Source of the DNA: Caedimonas sp.
GTDB taxonomy: Bacteria > Pseudomonadota > Alphaproteobacteria > Caedimonadales > Caedimonadaceae
Length of the DNA stretch: 24,000 nt
Reading direction: 5' to 3'
Assembly: GCA_016794245.1 (NCBI GenBank)
Contig: JAEUKR010000056.1
Span: forward strand, 8,669-32,668
Shown here: piece after piece, positions 7,607-16,359 of the stretch
Numbering within the stretch: the first letter of the stretch is position 1
How the letters are laid out: each line of letters begins with the position of its first letter
Made by a program: the position numbers and the translations under genes
The notes under the pieces: model-generated
What the model saw: only the letters and a program-made list of their open reading frames with translations
Told to the model about the DNA's origin: nothing
Database searches by the model: none

Positions 7607-8900
7607 AACGGGTGATCTGTTTGTCCGCGATGCGCCTCGGCCTTTGGCGGATCTTCTGAGACCTCACTCTTTAGATGAAGTTTTGGGGCAAGACCATCTG
7701 CTTGGTATGGATAAGCCGCTTTCCAAAATGCTCGATTCTCACAGGCTTGGCTCTTTTATCCTTTGGGGTCCGCCTGGCTGTGGCAAGACAACGCTTGCCC
7801 GTCTTGTCGCCCGGCAAGTGCAAGGGGATCTGGAATTTGAAGCGCTCTCTGCTGTGATGTCGGGCGTTGCCGATTTGCGTAAAGTCTTCGATCGCGCCAT
7901 TGAACGCCGTCATGCCGGTCGTGGGACGCTTCTGTTCGTTGATGAAATCCACCGCTTTAATCGTGCTCAACAGGATAGTTTCCTTGCTTATTTGGAAGAT
8001 GGCACGATCACCTTGATCGGGGCTACTACTGAAAATCCTTCTTTTGAGCTGAACAGCGCCTTGCTCTCGCGGTGTCATCTCTTGACTTTACATCGTTTAA
8101 GCGCCGAAGCTCTGGAAAATCTTTTAAGGCGCGCTGAAAATTTTACAGGTCAGTCTTTAACTTTGACGCCAGAGTCACGATCTCTCCTTATTCAGATGGC
8201 GGACGGAGACGGTCGTGTCCTGTTAAATCTGGTTGAGGTTTTGGTGGATGCGCCGCGAGATCCCCCCTATACGTCTGAACAAATGGTGGATATTGTCCAA
8301 AAGCGTGCTCCTCTTTATGACAAGACAGGTGACGAACACTATAATTTAATCAGCGCCTTGCATAAATCATTGCGAGGATCGGATGTTGATGCTGCGCTCT
8401 ATTGGTTTGCCAGAATGCTGGCCGGCGGTGAGGATCCGCTTTATATTGTCCGTCGTTTGGTTCGATGCGCCAGTGAGGATATTGGGTTGGCAGACCCCCA
8501 AGCCCTGGTGCAGGCTAATGCGGCGCGAGAAGCATATGAACTTTTGGGTTCGCCTGAAGGAGAACTTGCGATTGCCCAATGCGTAATTTATTTGGCGACG
8601 GCTCCCAAATCGAACGCGGTTTATGTTGCGTTTAAAAAAGCGCGAAAAGCCCAGCAGAACTATGGTTCGCTTATGCCGCCCAGACATATTCTGAATGCCC
8701 CTACCCAGGTGATGAAAGAAAGCGACTATGGGGCGGGATATATTTATGATCATGATACGAAAGAAGGTTTTTCGGGGCAAAACTATTTTCCTGAAAATAT
8801 GCCGCGTCAAACTTTCTATCGACCTTGCGAACGAGGCTTTGAGCGAGAGATTTTAAAAAGATTGGACTATTGGAATAAATTGAGGGCGACATCGAGATAG
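7590..8900 (+). CDS. rarA: Replication-associated recombination protein A (RarA/MgsA AAA+ ATPase)
   Basis: Walker A GPPGCGKTT, Walker B LLFVDEIHRFN and the MgsA C-terminal helical region (HYNLISALHKSLRGSD). There is no in-frame ATG at the 5' end. Candidate TTG starts are 7506, 7515 and 7590. TTG 7590 gives ~436 aa with PLADLLRP ~18 aa from the N-terminus, as is typical. The ORF-track start 7506 would overlap htrA by 101 nt. Confidence 0.88.
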   Translation: MSRTGETGDLFVRDAPRPLADLLRPHSLDEVLGQDHLLGMDKPLSKMLDSHRLGSFILWGPPGCGKTTLARLVARQVQGDLEFEALSAVMSGVADLRKVFDRAIERRHAGRGTLLFVDEIHRFNRAQQDSFLAYLEDGTITLIGATTENPSFELNSALLSRCHLLTLHRLSAEALENLLRRAENFTGQSLTLTPESRSLLIQMADGDGRVLLNLVEVLVDAPRDPPYTSEQMVDIVQKRAPLYDKTGDEHYNLISALHKSLRGSDVDAALYWFARMLAGGEDPLYIVRRLVRCASEDIGLADPQALVQANAAREAYELLGSPEGELAIAQCVIYLATAPKSNAVYVAFKKARKAQQNYGSLMPPRHILNAPTQVMKESDYGAGYIYDHDTKEGFSGQNYFPENMPRQTFYRPCERGFEREILKRLDYWNKLRATSR

Positions 8901-8936
8901 AGCAAAGTAGAGGTAGAACAAGGCAGAATTTAAATA

Positions 8937-9061
8937 TACCCTTCGCCTTTCAAAATCCGGGGACGTTGGACATCGGGATTCGTCCTGCTCACGTACTTAT
9001 ATGTACGCTGCGCGGGACTCACCGCTCGTCCACCTACCTGGATTTCGAAATCCTTTGGGTA
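8937..9061. repeat. Most complete (125 nt) copy of the dispersed inverted-repeat element family
   Basis: It starts TACCCTTCGCCTTTCAAAATCC and ends GGATTTCGAAATCCTTTGGGTA, which are imperfect terminal inverted repeats. TATA lies on both flanks. The cores 8967..8994 and 9008..9034 match the reverse complement of 16300..16327 (25/28) and 16264..16290 (24/27). Confidence 0.75.
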
Positions 9062-9119
9062 TAGTATGGACAATAGACATCTTTCCCTATGTATACTCTG
9101 TAAATCTAAAGGGGGTTCC

Positions 9120-9707
9120 TTATCCCCATTTAGCGACGAAATTTTTATCATGTTTTTTGGGATGATGCAGACAGTCTGGCACTTCATGAATGGAACGAAC
9201 GATTGTAAATAAATTCTGGTCTTCTTGTCGAACGAAGTTATTGTCAATCATATGGTGAAAAAAATTCGTAAATACAGGTGACCAATACCCGTTGATATCA
9301 ATGATAATAATCTGTTTATTATGAAGCCCCAGTTGTTTCCATGTCATGACTTCAAAAATTTCATCCAGGGTTCCCAATCCTCCAGGAAGAATGATAAAAG
9401 CTTCAGAGGCTTCAAACATGCGCTGTTTCCGCTCGTGCATACTTTCTACAATATGCAATTCGGTAATGTCCTCATGACCCCCTTCGTAGCCGTAAAGAAA
9501 TTGAGTCATAAAGCCTGTAACATGTCCTCCTGCTTCAAGGGCGGCTTTTGAGACGATGCCCATAAGCCCCATCTTGCTGCCTCCATAGACCAGGCGAATC
9601 TTATTTTTTGCCAAGAGAGTCCCCAAATCCGCCGCCGCTTGTTTGTAAATCTCAGGCGCCCGGTTAGAGGATCCGCAATACACGCACACTGAACGAATAG
9701 AGTCCAA
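9120..9707 (-). CDS. LOG-family protein (TIGR00730; cytokinin riboside 5'-monophosphate phosphoribohydrolase-like)
   Basis: GGSKMGLMG and PGGLGTLDE (PGGxGTxxE) motifs. The TTG start at 9707..9705 has a perfect AGGAGG (complement of 9716..9721) upstream, with 8-nt spacing. Confidence 0.85.
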   Translation of the reverse strand: MDSIRSVCVYCGSSNRAPEIYKQAAADLGTLLAKNKIRLVYGGSKMGLMGIVSKAALEAGGHVTGFMTQFLYGYEGGHEDITELHIVESMHERKQRMFEASEAFIILPGGLGTLDEIFEVMTWKQLGLHNKQIIIIDINGYWSPVFTNFFHHMIDNNFVRQEDQNLFTIVRSIHEVPDCLHHPKKHDKNFVAKWG

Positions 9708-9852
9708 ATCAAAAGCCTCCTGTTATATTTTTTGTTTTTTAAACTGTAGGGGAAGGGGAGTCATGTCATCGTTGAAAGCAATCTTGAAATTCTCAAATTT
9801 CTCCTGTGGGTCAGCTTTTCCCCTCCTCCGTCTCTGGTTTCCGCTACCTCAA

Positions 9853-12800
9853 TCAGGAACAGCCGCTTGTGCCGCCACAGGTGACGCACTTCAAGCATGT
9901 ACCGTTTCTCACAAGCGTAAAGTTGCCGCATTCCTGACAGGAATCACCTTCATATCCTTTCATTCTGGCTGTTGCGATCATTCTGGCGCGTGAAGCGGAA
10001 GCGTCCGTTGGTATAAAATCAGGCACTGGGGCCGTTTTGAGAGCGTTCTTGCCCTTGTCGATTTCTTCGTCTTCGATAGTATCGGCGGTCGTAAGGGGAG
10101 ACATCGCCATCGACCCTTGCACCCTTAAAGAGGATGTTTTCGTTCGTTGCCCTTTATGACGATGCAGAACATACAAATTGCTTCGCACATAACCGTTGCT
10201 GGCAAGGCGACTGAGCGTTTCAATCTCTGAACGGTCTGAAGGTTCGCCCGTCACGTTTTGATCTCTTGCGTGTCCAATGGTGTCTGGCAAGAAATCGCCT
10301 GGGTCTGTGTGCGCAAGGTCGGTCCTGCCCAGATAAGAAATGGCAAGTTCGCGGAAAATATAGTCAAGAATCGATGTCGCCATCTTGATTGCGTCATTTC
10401 CTGTCACCAGGCCGGAGGGTTCAAACCGTGTAAAGGCGAAGGCATCCACAAACTCCTCAAGGGGAACGCCATATTGAAGACCAATGGAAATAGCCATGGC
10501 AAAGCTGTTCATCAAGCTTCTGAAAGCGGCGCCTTCCTTATGCATATCAATGAAGATTTCCCCTATGCGACCATCTTCGTATTCGCCCGTCCGCAAGTAA
10601 ACTTTATGTCCTCCAACGGTTGCTTTTTGCGTATATCCTTTGCGGCGTTCCGGCAATTTGTGTCGTTCAGAACGTTGTATGATACGCTCTACAATACGCT
10701 CGGCAATCACTTTGGCGCGTTCGGCATCAGGTAATTGAGTGATCTGTTCAATGACATCAACGACTTCCGCATGATCCGTGGCTTCATCACTTAAAAGGCT
10801 TGTGTTCAACGGCTGAGAAAGCTTTGATCCATCACGATACAGGGCATTGCATTTAAGTCCCAGGCGCCAGGAAAGCGTATAAGCCTCTTTACAGTCTTCG
10901 ACAGTGGCATGGTTGGGCATATTAATTGTTTTGGAAATAGATCCTGAGATGAAGGGTTGAACCGCCGCCATCATCCGAATATGGCTCTCTTTGGAGAGAT
11001 AACGTTTTCCGAGACGTCCGCAAGGATTGGCGCAATCAAATACGGAGAGATGCTCGTCCTTCAAATGGGGGGCGCCTTCAAGCGTCATAGCGCCGCAGCA
11101 GAAATGATTTGCCGCTTCGATTTCTTCTATGCCAAAGCCTAAAGCCTGCAACATGTCAAAAGCCATATCGTCGAGTTGCTCTTCCGTAAAGCCCAGGGTT
11201 TGCGTGCAGAATTCCCTTCCCAATGTCCACTGGTTGAAGGCGAATTTAATATCAAAAGCGGAAGATAAAGCTTGGGAAAGGACTGTCAACTCTTTGTCCG
11301 TAAAGCCTTTTTCTTTCAGTTTCTGAAAGTTGACGCCTGGCGCGCCTTCAAGCGTTCCCTTGCCCACCGCGTAATCAATGATGTCTTGAGTGTGTGCAGC
11401 GCTGTATCCAAGAGCTTTCAAAGCTTGAGGAACCATGCGGTTGATGATTTTAAAATAACCACCTCCCACCAGCTTTTTGAATTTGACCAAAGCGAAATCA
11501 GGCTCAACGCCCGTTGTGTCACAATCCATCACCAGACCGATGGTGCCTGTGGGAGCAATCACCGTGGTTTGCGCATTTCGATAACCATATTGCTCGCCCA
11601 ACGCAAGGGCCTGGTCCCATGCAATCTTTGCTTCTTTTGAGAGAGCGGGGATAGGGCAATGCTGGTGATCAAGGGCAATCGGAAGAATCTCAAGTCCTTC
11701 ATAACCGCTTGTTTCTCCATAAGCCGCGCGCCGATGATTGCGGATAACCCGAAGCATGGACGCTTTGTTGCGATCGTATTCAGAAAAAGCCCCCAACTCA
11801 GCGGCAATTTCGGCGGAAGTCGCATAACTGCTCCCCGTCATGATTGCGGCCAGAGCGCCCCCCAGGGCGCGACCTTCAGGGCTGTCATAAGCGATGCCCA
11901 TTGCCATGAGAAGTCCGCCCAGATTCGCGTATCCCAAGCCTAACGTTCTGTATTCATAAGATTTCCGGGCGATTTCTTTGGAAGGATATTGAGCCATCAT
12001 GACTGAAATCTCGAGGGTCAGCGTCCACAGCCTGATGGCGTGCAGATAACTTTCAATATCGAAAACCGGCTGTTCGCCCTTCATGTCATAAAATGCAGTC
12101 AGGTTGAGCGATGCCAGATTACACGCCGTATCATCCAGAAACATATATTCCGAACAGGGGTTGGAAGCGCGAATGCGTCCGCTCTCAGGGCAAGTATGCC
12201 ATTCGTTGATCGTTGTATCGAATTGAAGACCCGGATCAGCGCTGGCCCAGGCGGCGTACCCAATCTGATCCCAAAGGTCGCGGGCTTTCAGGGTCTTGAA
12301 AACCGTCCCGTCGGTTCGGCGAATGAGATTCCAGTCTTCATCCTGTAAAACCTTGTGCAAGAAATCGTTGCTTACGCGGATCGAGTTGTTTGAGTTCTGA
12401 CCCGAAACCGTGAAGTACGCCTCTGAGTCAAAATCCGTATCGTAAACGGGAAATTCAAGCGTTGTATACCCTTGCCGGGCGAACTGGATGACCCGCTGGA
12501 TATAGTTTTCCGGAATCATGTTGTTGCGTGCCATTTTGATGGCGTTTTTAAGAGTATCGTTATAACGGGGCTCAAAGCGATTCTCGTCTGAGCCCAGGTG
12601 ACAGGCCTGCATGATGGCGTTAAGGCATTTGCTGGCTATTTTTGAACCCGTAACCAGTGCCAGGACTTTTTGCTCTTCCACCACTTTCCACATCGTGTAT
12701 TCTTCGATATCAGGGTGATCGACATCCACGGTGACCATTTTGGCGGCGCGCCGGGTTGTGCCTCCTGACTTGATGGCACCCGCCGCGCGGTCCCCGATCT

Positions 12801-13668
12801 TGAGGAAGCTCATCATGCCGGAGGATTTTCCGCCTCCTGAAAGCGCTTCTCCTTTTCCGCGCAGATCAGAGAAATTCGAGCCGGCACCTGATCCATATTT
12901 GAAAAGTCGCGCCTCTCGAACCCACAAATCCATGATGCCGCGTTCGTTCACAAGATCATCAATCACGCTCAGGATGAAACAGGCATGGGGTTGGGGGCGC
13001 TGATAGGCGGAGACGGAAGCTTTCAGTTCGCCCGTTTGATGATCAACATAAAAATGACCCTGGGAAGGACCGTCAATTCCGTAAGCCCAGTGCAGCCCCG
13101 TATTAAACCATTGGGGCGAATTCGGCGCCACCATTTGCATACAAAGAATATAACGCATCTCGTCATAATAAGCTCGCGCATCTGCTTCTGAAGAAAAATA
13201 TCCCCCTTTCCATCCCCAATAAGTCCACGTGCCTGCCATACGATCAAAGACTTGCCGGGCTGAAGTTTCTCCTCCAAAGCTCAAAGTCTTGGCTTTGGAT
13301 TTATCTAAATCAGCCGAACCAGCCGAATCAGTCGTGACTAAAGAAGTTAGCCATTCAGGAAGTTCTTCTGAAGATTCAGCACTCACACCTTCTCTTTCCC
13401 CAGGGTCTGCTTTTTCATGACGCCAAAGCCACTGGGGAACACCGGCTTCTTCCACCGCTTTCAAGTAAGAAGGAACGCCTGCCTTGCGGAAATATTTTTG
13501 TGCCAGAATATCGGTTGCGACTTGAGAAAAATGATCGGGGACTTCAATATCTTTCAGCTGAAAAACGATGGAGCCATCAGGATTTCGAATTTCACTGGAG
13601 GTCTTGCGAAAGGCGATCCCGGCATAAGGAGAATGACCTTTTTTTGTGAAACGACGGCTAATCTTCAT
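9853..13668 (-). CDS. nrdJ: Class II adenosylcobalamin-dependent ribonucleotide reductase
   Basis: N-terminus [36 protein letters not shown]...[11 protein letters not shown]. Active-site contexts are NPCSEY and SNLASLNL. The Cys-rich C-terminal tail is [31 protein letters not shown] 13668 has GGAGAAG upstream. The 14 extra codons of the ORF-track call (TTG 13710) are unlikely to be translated. Confidence 0.93.
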   Translation of the reverse strand: MKISRRFTKKGHSPYAGIAFRKTSSEIRNPDGSIVFQLKDIEVPDHFSQVATDILAQKYFRKAGVPSYLKAVEEAGVPQWLWRHEKADPGEREGVSAESSEELPEWLTSLVTTDSAGSADLDKSKAKTLSFGGETSARQVFDRMAGTWTYWGWKGGYFSSEADARAYYDEMRYILCMQMVAPNSPQWFNTGLHWAYGIDGPSQGHFYVDHQTGELKASVSAYQRPQPHACFILSVIDDLVNERGIMDLWVREARLFKYGSGAGSNFSDLRGKGEALSGGGKSSGMMSFLKIGDRAAGAIKSGGTTRRAAKMVTVDVDHPDIEEYTMWKVVEEQKVLALVTGSKIASKCLNAIMQACHLGSDENRFEPRYNDTLKNAIKMARNNMIPENYIQRVIQFARQGYTTLEFPVYDTDFDSEAYFTVSGQNSNNSIRVSNDFLHKVLQDEDWNLIRRTDGTVFKTLKARDLWDQIGYAAWASADPGLQFDTTINEWHTCPESGRIRASNPCSEYMFLDDTACNLASLNLTAFYDMKGEQPVFDIESYLHAIRLWTLTLEISVMMAQYPSKEIARKSYEYRTLGLGYANLGGLLMAMGIAYDSPEGRALGGALAAIMTGSSYATSAEIAAELGAFSEYDRNKASMLRVIRNHRRAAYGETSGYEGLEILPIALDHQHCPIPALSKEAKIAWDQALALGEQYGYRNAQTTVIAPTGTIGLVMDCDTTGVEPDFALVKFKKLVGGGYFKIINRMVPQALKALGYSAAHTQDIIDYAVGKGTLEGAPGVNFQKLKEKGFTDKELTVLSQALSSAFDIKFAFNQWTLGREFCTQTLGFTEEQLDDMAFDMLQALGFGIEEIEAANHFCCGAMTLEGAPHLKDEHLSVFDCANPCGRLGKRYLSKESHIRMMAAVQPFISGSISKTINMPNHATVEDCKEAYTLSWRLGLKCNALYRDGSKLSQPLNTSLLSDEATDHAEVVDVIEQITQLPDAERAKVIAERIVERIIQRSERHKLPERRKGYTQKATVGGHKVYLRTGEYEDGRIGEIFIDMHKEGAAFRSLMNSFAMAISIGLQYGVPLEEFVDAFAFTRFEPSGLVTGNDAIKMATSILDYIFRELAISYLGRTDLAHTDPGDFLPDTIGHARDQNVTGEPSDRSEIETLSRLASNGYVRSNLYVLHRHKGQRTKTSSLRVQGSMAMSPLTTADTIEDEEIDKGKNALKTAPVPDFIPTDASASRARMIATARMKGYEGDSCQECGNFTLVRNGTCLKCVTCGGTSGCS

Positions 13669-13712
13669 GGCTTCTTCTCCAGAGTCTGTTAAAATACCGG
13701 TTAAAAACAATT

Positions 13713-13728
13713 AATCAATATATTGTTG
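13713..13728. promoter_or_regulatory. Candidate NrdR operator box 1 (proximal to nrdJ)
   Basis: AATCAATATATTGTTG contains the perfect 10-bp palindrome CAATATATTG (13716..13725). It matches 12/16 to the NrdR-box consensus as I recall it (acaCwAtATaTwGtgt). It lies 45..60 nt upstream of the nrdJ ATG. Confidence 0.55.
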
Positions 13729-13744
13729 TGTTTTTTTTGTTAAC

Positions 13745-13760
13745 CCACTATATCTTGTGA
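13745..13760. promoter_or_regulatory. Candidate NrdR operator box 2 (distal)
   Basis: CCACTATATCTTGTGA matches 13/16 to the recalled NrdR-box consensus. Its centre is 32 bp from the centre of box 1, the three-helical-turn tandem spacing typical of NrdR sites. Confidence 0.6.
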
Positions 13761-13810
13761 GGTTACAGCTTGATAATGAGTTTTAGAATCTTGCGCGTCA
13801 ATAGGAAAAA

Positions 13811-15631
13811 ATGATGAGACCAACTGAAATATTTCTTGACAAACCCGTGACACTCAGAACGGTTGGGACTTTAATTCATTATTTGTGGCCACCCAAAAAG
13901 CAGGGCATGCGGTGGCGCGTCATTGTGGCGATCCTTTTTATGATTGCCGCCAAATTAACAAACATATGTGTCCCCCTTCTTTATAAAAAAGCAGTGGATG
14001 CCCTGGATTTTACAATTGCGTCCAGGGGTAAGCCCACGGATCTTTTGGTTCTTCCCCTTGCGTTCATCTTTTGTTATGGCGCCGTCCGCGTGGGCGCCCA
14101 GATCTTTGGAGAGTTGAAAGACGCCTTGTTCGCGCGTGTCGAGCAACGGGCGATTCGAACAGTGGCTCTTCACACTTTTCGTCATCTTCACCGTTTGGGG
14201 TTGCGTTTTCATCTTGATCGTAAAACAGGAGCGCTGGGTCGTATTATTGAGCGGGGGACCAACGGCATTGAAACGCTGCTTCGTTTTATGATTTTTAATA
14301 TCTTTCCGACACTGCTTGAGATTGTTTTCGTCGCGGCGGTTTTATGGTTCATGTATGATCATGACTTTGCCATCATCACGCTTGCCACTCTTCTTGCTTA
14401 TGTCGTTTTTACCCTGGTCATGACAGAATGGCGTACACACTTTGTTCGCCAGATGAACGCCAATAATAACGAAGCCAGCACAAAATCGCTTGATAGTCTT
14501 CTGAATTATGAAACCGTAAAATATTTTGGCAATGAAGACCACGAAGCGCGACGTTATGACCAGGCGTTGGAAAAATATGAGACCGCCGCCGTTAAAACAA
14601 AAATCAGTCTTTCTTACTTGAATATCGGGCAAGGGATCATCATTTCCTTGGGATTGGTCAGCGTGATGGTCATTGCCGCGCTGGGCGTTATGAACAAGAC
14701 GCTTACTTTAGGCGATTTTGTCCTTGTGAATACGTATCTTGTTCAGCTTTATCTGCCCCTCAATATCCTGGGGTTCGCCTATCGTGAAATTAAAATGTCG
14801 CTTGTCAATATGGAGCAAATGTTCTCTCTTCTTCAGGAGACGGAAGAAATTCAGGATCACCCCAAGGCCTCGAGGCTTAATGTCACCAAAGGGGAGATTG
14901 TTTTTGACCATGTCATGTTTGCCTATAACCCGGATCGGCAGATTCTGGATGATGTGAGCTTTACAATTCCCGCGGGTCAAATGGTGGCAGTTGTGGGGGC
15001 CAGTGGTGCGGGGAAGTCAACTTTGTCCCGGCTCCTTTTTCGTTTTTACGATGTGAGGGAAGGGCGCATTACGATTGACGGTCAAGACATTCGAGCGGTG
15101 ACGCAGCAAAGTTTGCGTGCAGCCATCGGGATGGTGCCTCAGGATACCGTGTTGTTTAATGATACCGTTTATTACAACATCGCCTATGGTCATCCGCACG
15201 CGACAGAAGAGGATGTCATCGAAGCAGCCAGACTTGCGCGTATTCATGACTTTGTTTCAAGCCTTCCCGAAGGATACCAGACCATCGTAGGAGAACGAGG
15301 GTTGAAACTGTCTGGTGGCGAGAAACAGAGGGTTGCTATTGCTCGCACTCTTCTCAAGAAACCGAAAATATTTATTTTTGATGAAGCCACCTCCGCCCTC
15401 GACACGAATACAGAAAAGGCTATTCAGAAAAGTCTGCAAGAAATCTCTGAAAATTGTACGACGTTGATGATTGCTCACCGGTTGTCAACGATTATAGAGG
15501 CAAATGAAATTCTGGTCCTGGATCAAGGAAAAATAAAAGAGCGCGGAACGCATCAGCACTTACTCAATCTGGAGGGGCTTTATGCCCAAATGTGGCATCA
15601 ACAGCTAAAAGAGAGAGAATCAGATTGTTAA
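13811..15631 (+). CDS. ABC transporter, fused permease/ATPase, Atm1/HMT1-type exporter
   Basis: Six-helix N-terminal transmembrane domain. Walker A GASGAGKST, signature LSGGEKQR, Walker B IFIFDEATSALD. The N-terminal region (LWPPKKQGMRWRVIVAILFMIAAKLTNICVPLLYKKAVDAL) resembles Atm1-type exporters. Substrate not inferable. Confidence 0.88.
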   Translation: MMRPTEIFLDKPVTLRTVGTLIHYLWPPKKQGMRWRVIVAILFMIAAKLTNICVPLLYKKAVDALDFTIASRGKPTDLLVLPLAFIFCYGAVRVGAQIFGELKDALFARVEQRAIRTVALHTFRHLHRLGLRFHLDRKTGALGRIIERGTNGIETLLRFMIFNIFPTLLEIVFVAAVLWFMYDHDFAIITLATLLAYVVFTLVMTEWRTHFVRQMNANNNEASTKSLDSLLNYETVKYFGNEDHEARRYDQALEKYETAAVKTKISLSYLNIGQGIIISLGLVSVMVIAALGVMNKTLTLGDFVLVNTYLVQLYLPLNILGFAYREIKMSLVNMEQMFSLLQETEEIQDHPKASRLNVTKGEIVFDHVMFAYNPDRQILDDVSFTIPAGQMVAVVGASGAGKSTLSRLLFRFYDVREGRITIDGQDIRAVTQQSLRAAIGMVPQDTVLFNDTVYYNIAYGHPHATEEDVIEAARLARIHDFVSSLPEGYQTIVGERGLKLSGGEKQRVAIARTLLKKPKIFIFDEATSALDTNTEKAIQKSLQEISENCTTLMIAHRLSTIIEANEILVLDQGKIKERGTHQHLLNLEGLYAQMWHQQLKERESDC

Positions 15632-15697
15632 ACGAAAGACGCTCCAGAGCGTATGTCTGAGGGTTGAGAGTATACATATACTCTGAAAAAGGCCTTT

Positions 15698-16117
15698 CTA
15701 ATTTATACTCTGTCTTTGATAAGGGCTGTCGAGTGAGCACGCGGGAATTTTAACGTCAAATTCCTTGCCATGTTCATTGACCATGAAATAGATTCCTTCC
15801 ATGATGCCAGACGGAGATTGTAGCGGAGCAGCGCTTGTATATTCAAAGATATCTCCTGGCTTCAGTACAGGTTGCTCTCCTACGACGCCTTCCCCCATGA
15901 TTTCATGAATTTTCCCATAACAGTCGATAATCTTCCAGTAACGTCGACGCAGATGAAAGATCTGCTTGCCCAGATTTTCAATACGGACTTGATAGGCCCA
16001 GATATAGTATTGCTCTCCATCAGAGGATTCAAGATCAGTGAAAACCGGCGTTATGGAGACACTGACGGAATGAGAGGTTTCTTGATAAGTTTTACTGAGG
16101 TGTTCTTTTTTACACAT
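15698..16117 (-). CDS. apaG: ApaG (DUF525) protein
   Basis: Characteristic ApaG core: YIWAYQVRIENLG...GEGVVGEQPVLKPGDIFEYTSAAPLQSPSGIMEGIYFM...FDVKIPACSL. Confidence 0.88.
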   Translation of the reverse strand: MCKKEHLSKTYQETSHSVSVSITPVFTDLESSDGEQYYIWAYQVRIENLGKQIFHLRRRYWKIIDCYGKIHEIMGEGVVGEQPVLKPGDIFEYTSAAPLQSPSGIMEGIYFMVNEHGKEFDVKIPACSLDSPYQRQSIN

Positions 16118-16236
16118 AATTTTAATTAAATTTTAAATAATTTTCCTTAAAATACCAGCATCGTCCTTAGGATTCCAGGGGTTGTTCACTTTTATGTTTC
16201 TCTTGTCCGGGGGAATGTACAGGCACTGCAATGATG

Positions 16237-16330
16237 TACCCTTCGCCTTCCAAATTGTGGGATGGCGGACGAACGGTAAGTCCCGCGCAGCACATCAGCA
16301 CGTAAGCAAGACGAATCCCGATGACCAGCC
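16237..16330. repeat. Copy of the dispersed inverted-repeat element family (core inverted relative to 8937..9061; right end degenerate)
   Basis: 16237..16262 TACCCTTCGCCTTCCAAATTGTGGGA versus 8937..8962 TACCCTTCGCCTTTCAAAATCCGGGG (21/26). 16264..16290 and 16300..16327 match the reverse complement of 9008..9034 (24/27) and 8967..8994 (25/28). Confidence 0.75.
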
Positions 16331-16359
16331 TACTCATTGAAAATAAAAATCATTTTACG

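Noticed and set aside
8930-9247. 105-aa minus-strand ORF in the ORF track
   Set aside because: Its 5' part overlaps the 3' end of the well-supported LOG gene in another frame. The rest runs through the 125-nt repeat copy at 8937..9061. The translation has no recognisable motifs, so it is most likely a chance ORF.
9767-9810. Possible eighth, degenerate repeat copy (CATCGTTGAAAGCA...CTCAAATTTCTCCTGTGGG) in the nrdJ-LOG spacer
   Set aside because: It only loosely resembles the element termini, and there is no core block. It is too diverged to call without a genome-wide profile.
10258-10734. 158-aa plus-strand ORF, plus similar antisense ORFs (3726..4160, 7671..8078, 8367..8810, 5317..5718, 11272..11640)
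   Set aside because: All lie entirely inside strongly supported genes on the opposite strand. Their translations are low-complexity or Arg-rich, as is typical of shadow ORFs.
9853-13668. Possible intein or inserted domain in the very long (1271 aa) NrdJ
   Set aside because: Monomeric class II reductases of about 1200 to 1270 aa are normal in alphaproteobacteria as far as I recall. I saw no intein splice-junction motifs or homing-endonuclease blocks, and the variable acidic segment near residue 100 to 150 is a common linker.
13669-13710. 14-codon extension of nrdJ from TTG 13710
   Set aside because: The conserved NrdJ N-terminus starts at [11 protein letters not shown] (ATG 13668), which has GGAGAAG upstream. 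The extension would run into the NrdR-box and promoter region.
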